A stretch of DNA of 17,553 nt, taken from contig JBKHVI010000053.1 of assembly GCA_046570105.1 (NCBI GenBank), forward strand, positions 1 through 17,553, written 5' to 3'. The notes beneath the pieces are model-generated. The model was not told the origin of the DNA. It saw only the letters and a program-made list of their open reading frames with translations, and did no database searches. This DNA comes from Bacteriovoracia bacterium. Lineage in GTDB: Bacteria; Bdellovibrionota; Bacteriovoracia; Bacteriovoracales; Bacteriovoracaceae. Below, one piece after another: positions 1 to 7,544 of this stretch. A program made the position numbers and the translations under genes. Position 1 is the first letter of the stretch. Every line of letters starts with the position of its first letter.

Positions 1-264
1 GAAGAGCACGTACGCGAAAAGTTCTATGAGCTTCTTGAGCGTCATGAAGCGCAATTGGCCAATGCTGGAATTGCCAAAATTGAACCATGTAATGATCAGG
101 TTTGTATGGATGTGAAAGTCAATGAGCAGAATATGTTGCCAATGCTCTTAAAGGGCGATCGCTTGCGTATTGAAACATTTATTGATTCATCAAAAGTTCC
201 GCCAAAGTCATTTCAGTTGAAAGGTTTTATTGAGTTTGAAGTTAAACTCGACGTGCCGCTCTAG
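1..264 (+). CDS. Hypothetical protein, 5'-truncated (C-terminal 87 aa)
   Basis: Frame 1 is open from base 1 (EEHVREKFYELLERHEAQLANAG...KLDVPL) to TAG at 262-264. The TTG at 55 in the ORF track is probably internal. No motif recognised. Confidence 0.7.
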   Translation, partial: EEHVREKFYELLERHEAQLANAGIAKIEPCNDQVCMDVKVNEQNMLPMLLKGDRLRIETFIDSSKVPPKSFQLKGFIEFEVKLDVPL

Positions 265-641
265 GGAGGAGCGAGAGAAATCTCAATGCCGAACTTTTGC
301 CCTTCGGATTTCAAAATGTGTTCAATCTCTTTGAAAGAATACATCACACCGATGACACTGACTCGGGTGTTCACCAAATCAATCTTGCAGGCGTTGTTAC
401 ATTGGCAGTCACTGGAATAGGCTTCGATGGTTTTAATCGGAGCTTTATTTTGAAATTCAGCATACCAACTTAAAAAATCGACAATTTTATCGCGGAGTTT
501 TTCTGCAAGGTCAGCGCCAGAATCTTTGTTGAGATTATAGGTAAACAGACTGGTGTTGCGCGACTTTCCGTTGAAACTCAACTTGACCACGCCATTGGAG
601 CGCAACTTAAGTGTGTTTTGAAAGCAGACAGGACAATACAT
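261..641 (-). CDS. Small Cys-rich hypothetical protein (126 aa), possible split zinc-binding site
   Basis: ATG at 641 gives MYCPVCFQ (N-terminal CxxC), with CQCNNAC later. The longer ORF start at 788 would overlap the divergent hydrolase and its promoter region. A promoter-like element lies immediately upstream of 641. Confidence 0.75.
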   Translation of the reverse strand: MYCPVCFQNTLKLRSNGVVKLSFNGKSRNTSLFTYNLNKDSGADLAEKLRDKIVDFLSWYAEFQNKAPIKTIEAYSSDCQCNNACKIDLVNTRVSVIGVMYSFKEIEHILKSEGQKFGIEISLAPP

Positions 642-647
642 TATGGC

Positions 648-676
648 AGTATAACGAAATGCTGGCGCCCCACCAA
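648..676 (-). promoter_or_regulatory. Putative sigma70 promoter giving a leaderless mRNA for the 261-641 gene
   Basis: Minus strand reads TTGGTG (676-671), 17 nt, TATACT (653-648), 6 nt, ATG (641). No Shine-Dalgarno is present. Confidence 0.55.
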
Positions 677-712
677 GGGATTTACTATTATCTAGTTGGC
701 AAAGGGGAACAT

Positions 713-1555
713 ATGCAAAATGAATATCGTGACATCGTGGGCCATGGTGGACTGAAGTTGAAGGCCATGGTGAAAGAAAATGGTGCACCAGTTTGGTTGA
801 TTGTTACTCACGGACTTGGCGAGCACATGAATCGTCATCAGCATTTTCTTAAGCTGTTTGCCGGTCAATTTAATATCTTACTTTATGACTTGCGTGGCCA
901 TGGTCGCTCAGAAGGTGAGCGCACCAATGTGAATGAGTTTGCCGATTTTCGTCGGGATCTTCAGGCGATTGTTGAATACTTGAAGAGTGAATTTTCCATG
1001 AAGCGCTACATGGCCTTTGGTCATTCGATGGGTGCTCTTATCACGGCAGATTGGTTACAAAATGAAGCCCGAGAAGACCTCTATCCTGAAAAAGTTTTTT
1101 TAAGTTCTCCTCCTGTAGGGGCCCCCGGAATTCTTGGGCCGATCTTTGGAAATGCTCCCGTCATGCTTTTAAAAGGTTTGGCGGATCTGCCTTTGAGTCT
1201 TCCCTTGAAAGGAATTCTCGATCTAAATCGTCTCTCGCACGACAGTCGTGTGCTACAGAATTATCTCAATGATGAATTCGTGGAATTAAAAGTTCATACC
1301 CATCTTTTCTTCCAGCTTTTGAAAACATCACGGGAAGTATTTTCAAGGCCTCTGAGAGCACGCTGTCCACTTTATGCTTCTGTTGGAACAGAAGATGGTT
1401 TAGTGCATCCTGGGATGTTGTTGAAATATTTTAATACCATTGAAAAGAACACGAAAGTTCTTAAGGTCGATGGTGGATATCATGAGCTTCACAATGAAAT
1501 CGAAAAGTATCGCTTACCATACTTTGATTTCTTGCGCACAAGCCTCACTAATTAG
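713..1555 (+). CDS. Alpha/beta hydrolase, lysophospholipase / monoacylglycerol lipase-like (280 aa)
   Basis: SD AAAGGGGA at 701-708, then ATG at 713. Motifs HGLGEH, DLRGHGRSEG, nucleophile elbow GHSMG, catalytic Asp region GTEDGLV and His in GYHELHNE. Confidence 0.9.
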   Translation: MQNEYRDIVGHGGLKLKAMVKENGAPVWLIVTHGLGEHMNRHQHFLKLFAGQFNILLYDLRGHGRSEGERTNVNEFADFRRDLQAIVEYLKSEFSMKRYMAFGHSMGALITADWLQNEAREDLYPEKVFLSSPPVGAPGILGPIFGNAPVMLLKGLADLPLSLPLKGILDLNRLSHDSRVLQNYLNDEFVELKVHTHLFFQLLKTSREVFSRPLRARCPLYASVGTEDGLVHPGMLLKYFNTIEKNTKVLKVDGGYHELHNEIEKYRLPYFDFLRTSLTN

Positions 1556-2790
1556 TTCTCATGCATTGCTTGCACCCGCTCACTTAAGGGCGGGTGTGAG
1601 TAGTTCCAGGCCGCATAGAGTGGATCAACAATTAAACTTCCCGCATTTTCACGATACAAGCAAATCAGTGCTTCAGAGAGTGCCTTGGCCGATGTGCGTT
1701 TGACAGCATATCGATCGGCTTCAAATTCATGTTTGCGTGACCAACGTGACATGAGTGGAGAGATTGGAACAGAGATAAGTCCCCCGAGCCAACTTGCTAC
1801 CAACAAGACGACTCCATGAGTGGGAGAGAGTCCCAAATCAATAAAAATATCGGCGCGCGTGGCAAACCATCCGAGAGCAAAAAACGCGACAGCTGTCATC
1901 ACCAGGCTTAAAAATAATCCCTTCTTGATATGTCCATGGGCGAGATGGCCAATTTCATGGGCGAGGACAGCGAGTGTTTCTTGCGGTTTAAGAGTTTTGA
2001 GAAGAGTATCAAAAAAGACAATGCGTTTGGCTTTTCCGATGCCAGTAAAATAGGCATTGCCGTGCGAGCTACGCTTGGAAGCATCCATCACAAATACACC
2101 CTGACTTTTAAAACCCGCCTCTTTGACGAGATCATTAATACCGCTGGCCAGTTCTTTGTCCTCGAGGGGAGAGAACTTGTTAAAGAGTGGAGCAATGACG
2201 GTGGGAAATAGCCACAGCAATAAGATTTGAAAACTGGTGTAAATCACATAAGCAGGAATCCACCAAACGCCTGGCATGTTTTGCATGAGCCAAACTAAAG
2301 GGTAACCGAGCATGAGACCGAAAATGGAACCTAGTATGATCCCTTTGAATCGATCAGAAAAAAAAGTTCCCCAGGTCGTGCGGTTGAATCCGAATTTTTC
2401 TTCCAGCACAAATTGTGAATAAATCGACCACGGCATTCCTAGGATTCCCTCTACTAGGCCCACGCTTGCGATAAGCGCAATAGGTTGCCAGGTGCTACTG
2501 GGAACGAAGAAAAATAATAATGAATCAAGAAAGTTAAGTGCGCCTGAAAAAAACCACAACGCCAGAATGAGGCCACTAAACCACAGGCGTGCTAAGCCGA
2601 AACTTAAGCGGGCCTTGCCGTAATCAATCGCCTTCTGGTGCTGATCAAGAGTGAAGTGTTGCACAAAGCTACTGGGAACAGTGCTGCGACCTTTTGACAT
2701 TGCTCGATATTGTCGGAGCATAAGCCATGTATGTACCATCAGTTTAAATCCCAGCAAAACTGCGACAATAAGGATTCCTGTCATGCTCAT
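1552..2790 (-). CDS. M48 family zinc metallopeptidase, Ste24/CAAX prenyl protease-like, multi-pass membrane (412 aa)
   Basis: HEIGH zinc motif, EEKFGFNRTT, DASKRSSHGNAYFTG, RKHEFEAD and SHPPLSER, plus several hydrophobic segments. SD GAGGGG lies 8 nt upstream of ATG 2790. Confidence 0.93.
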   Translation of the reverse strand: MSMTGILIVAVLLGFKLMVHTWLMLRQYRAMSKGRSTVPSSFVQHFTLDQHQKAIDYGKARLSFGLARLWFSGLILALWFFSGALNFLDSLLFFFVPSSTWQPIALIASVGLVEGILGMPWSIYSQFVLEEKFGFNRTTWGTFFSDRFKGIILGSIFGLMLGYPLVWLMQNMPGVWWIPAYVIYTSFQILLLWLFPTVIAPLFNKFSPLEDKELASGINDLVKEAGFKSQGVFVMDASKRSSHGNAYFTGIGKAKRIVFFDTLLKTLKPQETLAVLAHEIGHLAHGHIKKGLFLSLVMTAVAFFALGWFATRADIFIDLGLSPTHGVVLLVASWLGGLISVPISPLMSRWSRKHEFEADRYAVKRTSAKALSEALICLYRENAGSLIVDPLYAAWNYSHPPLSERVQAMHEN

Positions 2791-3529
2791 AGCGCGTACC
2801 CCTCGATTTCAGGTTTGGCGATTTTTCGCCCACAATCGTTTAAGGAATTATACCTACGTCTTACAGGAAACTGCTACGCAGGAAGCACTGGTGATCGATC
2901 CTTGGGACGGTGAGCAGATCTTGACTTGGGCACGCGGGGAAAAACTAACTTTAGTAGGAGTGCTCAATACTCACGGTCATGCCGATCATACCCAAGGAAA
3001 TGCGGTTTTAATGGATAATCGTATACCTGTGCTATCGGAGCATTCCTGGCTAGAGAAAGAATCAGCTCCGGGTCATACGCATGATCATGTTCTTTTTATT
3101 TTAAACGACGGAAATGAAAAGCATGTTTTTGCGGGGGATACCATTTTTCAGGCCGGAGTTGGTAATTGCAAAAATGGGGGAGAACCCACAGAGCTTTTCA
3201 AAACGATTAAACGATTGTTAGCCGAGCTACCTGATCACGCCATTCTTCATTGTGGGCACGATTATTGGGTGAGAAATCTGGCCTTTGCTCAACATGTAAT
3301 GCCCAATAATCAATTTGCACTAAAACAACAGCAACTTTGTGCTCAACAAGTGACGTATGAAATGTCCCCCTCGACTTGGGGTGATGAGAAAAAGATTAAT
3401 CCTTTTTTAAACACATCTTCAACACAACTCAGGGAGAGAGTAAAAGAGCTATCTTCCCCCTTGGCAGTTAATATCGACAGTGATCAGATGTGTTTCGTGA
3501 GTTTACGGCGTCTGCGAGATCAATGGTAA
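2783..3529 (+). CDS. gloB: Hydroxyacylglutathione hydrolase (glyoxalase II), MBL fold (248 aa)
   Basis: NYTYVL, VIDP, THGHADH (HxHxDH), PGHT, FAGDTIF, CGHDY, EKKINPFL and a C-terminal LRRLRDQW typical of GloB. SD AAGGA at 2770-2774 lies 8 nt before ATG 2783. Confidence 0.85.
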   Translation: MLIARTPRFQVWRFFAHNRLRNYTYVLQETATQEALVIDPWDGEQILTWARGEKLTLVGVLNTHGHADHTQGNAVLMDNRIPVLSEHSWLEKESAPGHTHDHVLFILNDGNEKHVFAGDTIFQAGVGNCKNGGEPTELFKTIKRLLAELPDHAILHCGHDYWVRNLAFAQHVMPNNQFALKQQQLCAQQVTYEMSPSTWGDEKKINPFLNTSSTQLRERVKELSSPLAVNIDSDQMCFVSLRRLRDQW

Positions 3530-3543
3530 TTAAGGAGAAAATT

Positions 3544-3705
3544 ATGGCAAAAAAAGCCACCAAAAAAATTGCAAAAAAAGCGACTAAGAAAACAGCAAAA
3601 AAAGTTACTAAGAAAGTTACAAAGAAAAAAATCGCCAAGAAAGTTGTTAAGAAAACTACGGTGAAGAAAGTCGTAAAAAAAGCCGTTAAAAAAGCTGCTC
3701 CTAAG
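3544..3705 (+). repeat. Coding low-complexity repeat: 12 degenerate xxKK tetrapeptides (26 Lys in 54 aa)
   Basis: MAKK ATKK IAKK ATKK TAKK VTKK VTKKK IAKK VVKK TTVKK VVKK AVKK AAPK. The DNA shows degenerate 12-nt periodicity (e.g. AAGAAAGTT). Confidence 0.9.
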
Positions 3706-4170
3706 CTTCCAGCGCTAGGTACTCAAGCGAAAGACTTCAATCTTCTTAATCAAGACGGCAAAAGTATAAAGCTCTCAGATTACCGCGGAAAGTTTGTGGT
3801 GGTTTATTTTTACCCACGTGCCATGACTCCAGGATGTACTGTGCAAGCTTGTGGCCTACGTGACAAAAAAACGGATCTCGCTGCTCATAACATTGTGGTT
3901 TTGGGAATTAGTCCAGATAAGCCGGCCTCACTCAAAAAATTTCAAACACGAGATGGTTTGAATTTTGATCTACTGTCCGATGTGGATCATAAAGTGGCCG
4001 AAGCCTATGGTTCTTGGGGTCAAAAACAATTTATGGGTAAAACGTTTGATGGGATTTTGCGTCAGTCATTCTTACTAGATAAAGAAGGAAAAATTGTTCA
4101 CATCATTTCCAAAGTAGATACCAAAGCTCACGCGGAAGATGTGCTGGGCTTTTATTCGAAACTCGCTTAA
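3544..4170 (+). CDS. bcp: Bcp/PrxQ-family peroxiredoxin with N-terminal histone-H1-like Lys-rich extension (208 aa)
   Basis: SD AAGGAGA at 3532-3538, ATG at 3544. VVVYFYPRAMTPGCTVQAC is the Bcp PxxxTxxC-xxxx-C motif, followed by GISPD and FDLLSD. The first 54 aa are xxKK repeats in frame with the Prx domain. Confidence 0.92.
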   Translation: MAKKATKKIAKKATKKTAKKVTKKVTKKKIAKKVVKKTTVKKVVKKAVKKAAPKLPALGTQAKDFNLLNQDGKSIKLSDYRGKFVVVYFYPRAMTPGCTVQACGLRDKKTDLAAHNIVVLGISPDKPASLKKFQTRDGLNFDLLSDVDHKVAEAYGSWGQKQFMGKTFDGILRQSFLLDKEGKIVHIISKVDTKAHAEDVLGFYSKLA

Positions 4171-4436
4171 TCATCTTTTATCACCCGGTCTTCAGTAATG
4201 GAGATCGGGATTTCTTTCTGAATTTCATTTAAAAATTTTCGCAATTCCACTTCCCACTCTATAGGGGCACGTAGGAGCAGATCGCGCCATCCAACTCCAT
4301 TTTCAACGGGGAGAGTAGTCGGAAAGCAAAGATTATCGCGAGCTTCCAAGAGATGAAGGATGTATCCGGCATCGTTTTTTGGCACACGAATCGTGAGATG
4401 GAGAACTTCTTTAGTCAACAAATAGCGCGCTGTCAT
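4167..4436 (-). CDS. DUF4911-like small protein (89 aa)
   Basis: IRVPKNDAGYILHLLEARDNLCFPTTL...ELRKFLNEIQKEI resembles the DUF4911 pattern as recalled. SD AAGGA lies just upstream of ATG 4436. Confidence 0.7.
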   Translation of the reverse strand: MTARYLLTKEVLHLTIRVPKNDAGYILHLLEARDNLCFPTTLPVENGVGWRDLLLRAPIEWEVELRKFLNEIQKEIPISITEDRVIKDD

Positions 4437-4445
4437 GAGGCTTCC

Positions 4446-4473
4446 TTGACACTGTATGATGAGTCTCTAGAAT
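4446..4473 (+). promoter_or_regulatory. Putative sigma70 promoter for the TPR-lipoprotein/TsaP-like operon
   Basis: TTGACA (4446-4451), 16 nt, TAGAAT (4468-4473), about 50 nt upstream of TTG 4523. Confidence 0.65.
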
Positions 4474-4500
4474 AGTACTAAGGAAACTAAATGTTTTCAG
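4472..4500 (-). promoter_or_regulatory. Putative divergent sigma70 promoter for the DUF4911 gene
   Basis: Minus strand reads CTGAAA (4500-4495), 17 nt, TACTAT (4477-4472). Its -10 overlaps the plus-strand -10. Confidence 0.4.
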
Positions 4501-4522
4501 GCCTTTAGTCACGGAGGACGGT

Positions 4523-5206
4523 TTGAAAATTTCAAAAAACTGGCCAGTTTTGTCACTTGCTCTTTTGCTTTCTTCTTGTTCATGGCTTGAGCGCATGGAG
4601 CGTAGTCTTGTCGGAGAAGAAGAAAATCCAAGATCACGTCCACAAAGTGCTCAGAATAAAAAACAGCTTATCACTAAAGCTGAATACGACGATTTGTTGG
4701 CCCGCTATGAGGAACTCAATCGCCAGTATCAAGCTCTGAAAGATGGTCGTGCTTCTGACCCTTTAGTCAATGAACTGCGTGATGCACCCATGATTGAAAA
4801 TGGTACTCGAGTCGAGACCGTTGATGCATTCACGGGCAATAAATCAGCTGCTCCTGTGCTTGATGCCGGAGATATTGAAGGGCAGTTGCAACGTTATCGC
4901 CAAGCTCAGTCTATGCGCTCGACCAGTGCTAGCGAAGCTATGAAAATTTTCCAAGAACTTGCCAGTGGCGCCATTACTCCTATTCGTGCACGCTCTCAGT
5001 TAGGCATGGGCGAAATTCTTATGCAGCAAGGTGAATACGATTTAGCATTACAGGCTTTTGAAGGAGTCATTTCAAAAATGGCAAATTCTGGAGCGGTGCT
5101 GGATGCTCTTCGTGGAGCGGTGGTCTGTGCTGAGAAATTAGGATTGGCCCCTAAAAAAGAACAATACCTCTCGATGTTACGAGATGTATTTCAGTTAGGA
5201 GTCTAA
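4523..5206 (+). CDS. Lipoprotein with coiled coil and C-terminal TPR (CpoB/YbgF-like architecture), 227 aa
   Basis: SD GGAGG at 4513-4517, TTG start. Signal peptide with lipobox LSS-C19, coiled coil KAEYDDLLARYEELNRQYQALKD, and TPR-like SQLGMGEILMQQGEYDLALQAFEGVI. Confidence 0.8.
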   Translation: MKISKNWPVLSLALLLSSCSWLERMERSLVGEEENPRSRPQSAQNKKQLITKAEYDDLLARYEELNRQYQALKDGRASDPLVNELRDAPMIENGTRVETVDAFTGNKSAAPVLDAGDIEGQLQRYRQAQSMRSTSASEAMKIFQELASGAITPIRARSQLGMGEILMQQGEYDLALQAFEGVISKMANSGAVLDALRGAVVCAEKLGLAPKKEQYLSMLRDVFQLGV

Positions 5207-7513
5207 TTGATTCATAAACTGCTGGTTCTGGTCTTTTTTGCTCTTTGTGTTCAAGCCTCTTTCGCTCAGGATGAAGGTATTCCTGATTTAGATGTGGTTG
5301 AAAGCGAAGATCTTAATCAATTACTCAATGAAGCCGATGCTCCGGTCGCTCCTTCTACAGAAGTGGCCGCCGAAGAAAGCATTCCGGCCGAAGTCATTCC
5401 CAATACTCCAAGTGATGCAACTTCAGCTATTTCAGATGAAGAACTCTCACAACTCGAAGCGCTTGATAGTTCAGATCAGTCGATGTCCGAAGCCATGAAG
5501 ACAGCTGATGATGATTTGCCCAAGCCACTTGATTCAGCTGAGATGGACGATCTTGAAGAACTTAAAATTGATCTGCGCGACACTGATTTGAGTGAAGGCA
5601 AAGTGGCTTCACCGGACTTCGTTCCCGCTCCAGTGACCGAAGAAGTTGAAGCAAAGAGTGAGGGATTGGCCGGACCTAAGAAAGAAAAAAATGTCGCCAA
5701 TGATTCAGTTAACGTTTCAAAAACGGATATCTTCGATGTTGGAAATGAAGAGAAGCAACTTTTAGAAATTGCTTCAAATTTCCAAGGTCAAATATCTCAA
5801 GAAGAGTGGAATGAATTAGCGACTCAGGCCAAGGTAAGTAGCTATACCGTCGTTAAAGATGACTGGTTATTTAAAATTTCTAAACGTATTTTCGGTTCCG
5901 GCTTCTATTATCCCAAAATTTGGGCGCTCAATGCTTTCATTACTAATCCACATTTGATTGAACCGGGTATGGTTTTGTCATTTACAACGGGTAGTGGTGA
6001 GCGCGCTCCTGAAATAAAATTGGGAGAGTTTACCTCGACAGAATTAGCAGCACCACCTAGCTCAAACACCACTGCTTCGACTGATGTGTCGTCCGTCGAT
6101 GATTACTCTATTTGGGGTGATGTATCGAAGCCTGAATGGCTCAATACGAGAAAGAAACTTGTCGCTCAAGGGATTTATGTTCAGTATGCAACAGCTGAAA
6201 CATTGGAAGATCTTGAGGCTGCAAGTAAAGGTGCTCTCAATAAAGAATACGAAAACTACGAACCTGAAGCCAATGATGCGAATGCTGCTGCGTTGGCGGA
6301 ATATGACGACTTAGGTATCGATAAAAATTCTAAAATCGTCTTTAAGTTTAAAGAAGGGTTTTATCTCAATACTTTTGTCACTAACAATCCTGTTCAGGAT
6401 TTCGGAAAAGTGGATTCTGGACCAGATGAAAACGTCTATTTCACTCCAGGCGATCACATGTATGTCGTCTTCGATGAGTCAGTAAATGTTATTCCGGGAG
6501 ATCGCTTTTCGATTTACTCTGCACAAGGGAAAGTGAAGCATTTTAACTCTGACCGTGAAGGGTTTAAGTACACCATCACAGGCCAAATTCGTATAATTGC
6601 GAAACTGGGAACAAAGTGGGAGGCGGAAGTCGAGAGCGCCACCGGTATGATCGAAAGAAATGACCGTGTGACAGTCTATACTCCTAAGATCGATCGTATC
6701 ACCAGAACCTTTAATGATCGCCTCATTGAGGCCGCTATCTTAGCGACTCATTCTGGCATTCAAACCGCTATCTCCATGGGTGATGTTATCTATATTGATC
6801 GCGGCCGAGCAGACGGCGTCGAGATGGGGAACGTTTTTGAATTGTATGGGTTTAAAGATCGTGCCACTAATCGCTTAATTACTGATCAACCATCTTATAA
6901 AACAGGTGAGTTAACCGTTATCACACTGACTGATAACTTTGCGACCTGTTTGGTCACGGCAAGTAAGCGTGACTTTTATATTGGTGATATCGCAGTCACT
7001 AAGACAAAAGCAGCTGCGATGAGTACTGATAAAAACAAAAATAGAATTGTTAAAGATGTCAGTGATTCGAGTGCTCGCTCGCTTGAAGAGCTGGATGTTG
7101 AGCTTAAAGTGGAAGATCTCAACGACTCTCTTCTTGATAAAGCAGACAAGATTCAGCTGACGGAAGATGAACTCGCTGAGCTTGAGCGCCAAGAACGTGA
7201 GAAGAGTATTATTCGCGACTCAGAAAGAGATTTGAAAGCACTTGAGCGCCTTGAGCGTGAGATTGAAGGCGCTGAGAAGCTCTTAAACGAAGCGAAACTC
7301 GATGAAGACAAGTTGCTTGAAGGCCAAAACCTTGAAGAGCTTGAGCGTCGTCGCGGTCTTGAGCAACAAGAGAGCTTGGATGAGATTGAAGAAAACTTAG
7401 GTAAGCGTTACATGGATGAAGATATTAATAACAAAGACAACCCATTCGGCTTAACCGAGTTCGATGTGGAAGAAGTAGATGAGTTGTTGAATATCGAGAA
7501 GAAGAAAGAATAA
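5207..7513 (+). CDS. LysM peptidoglycan-binding protein, TsaP-like (type IV pilus secretin-associated), with long acidic extensions (768 aa)
   Basis: SD AGGAG at 5197-5201; the TTG start directly follows the upstream TAA. Signal peptide (ASFA-Q). LysM domain YTVVKDDWLFKISKRIFGSGFYYPKIWALNAFITNPHLIEPGMVL (5843-5983) is of the TsaP type. The C-terminal beta domain has VIYIDRGRADGVEMGNVFELY. Confidence 0.8.
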   Translation: MIHKLLVLVFFALCVQASFAQDEGIPDLDVVESEDLNQLLNEADAPVAPSTEVAAEESIPAEVIPNTPSDATSAISDEELSQLEALDSSDQSMSEAMKTADDDLPKPLDSAEMDDLEELKIDLRDTDLSEGKVASPDFVPAPVTEEVEAKSEGLAGPKKEKNVANDSVNVSKTDIFDVGNEEKQLLEIASNFQGQISQEEWNELATQAKVSSYTVVKDDWLFKISKRIFGSGFYYPKIWALNAFITNPHLIEPGMVLSFTTGSGERAPEIKLGEFTSTELAAPPSSNTTASTDVSSVDDYSIWGDVSKPEWLNTRKKLVAQGIYVQYATAETLEDLEAASKGALNKEYENYEPEANDANAAALAEYDDLGIDKNSKIVFKFKEGFYLNTFVTNNPVQDFGKVDSGPDENVYFTPGDHMYVVFDESVNVIPGDRFSIYSAQGKVKHFNSDREGFKYTITGQIRIIAKLGTKWEAEVESATGMIERNDRVTVYTPKIDRITRTFNDRLIEAAILATHSGIQTAISMGDVIYIDRGRADGVEMGNVFELYGFKDRATNRLITDQPSYKTGELTVITLTDNFATCLVTASKRDFYIGDIAVTKTKAAAMSTDKNKNRIVKDVSDSSARSLEELDVELKVEDLNDSLLDKADKIQLTEDELAELERQEREKSIIRDSERDLKALERLEREIEGAEKLLNEAKLDEDKLLEGQNLEELERRRGLEQQESLDEIEENLGKRYMDEDINNKDNPFGLTEFDVEEVDELLNIEKKKE

Positions 7514-7541
7514 AAAAAGGGCCGGGTAACCGGCCCTTTTT
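7514..7541. terminator. Bidirectional rho-independent terminator
   Basis: AAAAA-GGGCCGG-GTAA-CCGGCCC-TTTTT between convergent stops at 7513 and 7545: 7-bp GC stem, GNRA loop, and U-tracts on both strands. Confidence 0.93.
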
Positions 7542-7544
7542 CAT

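Noticed and set aside
611..788. Longer ORF starts at 788 (minus) and 611 (plus)
   Set aside because: They would overlap each other by 178 nt. ATG 641 has a promoter signature and ATG 713 has a strong SD and matches the expected hydrolase length.
2651..2782. N-terminal extension of gloB from GTG 2651
   Set aside because: It lies wholly antisense to the M48 gene, has no SD, and GloB similarity begins only after ATG 2783.
3490..3543. Upstream start for bcp at 3490
   Set aside because: It overlaps gloB, and the strong SD AAGGAGA points to ATG 3544.
3544..3705. A-rich periodic DNA as a CRISPR array, VNTR or slippage tract
   Set aside because: Units are degenerate at synonymous positions with no repeat-spacer structure, so the repeat is maintained at the protein level.
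2778..4436. CTGTCAT pho-box half-sites at 2778-2784 and 4430-4436
   Set aside because: Single copies explained by antisense ATG-ACA-G codons. There is no 11-bp-period tandem repeat.
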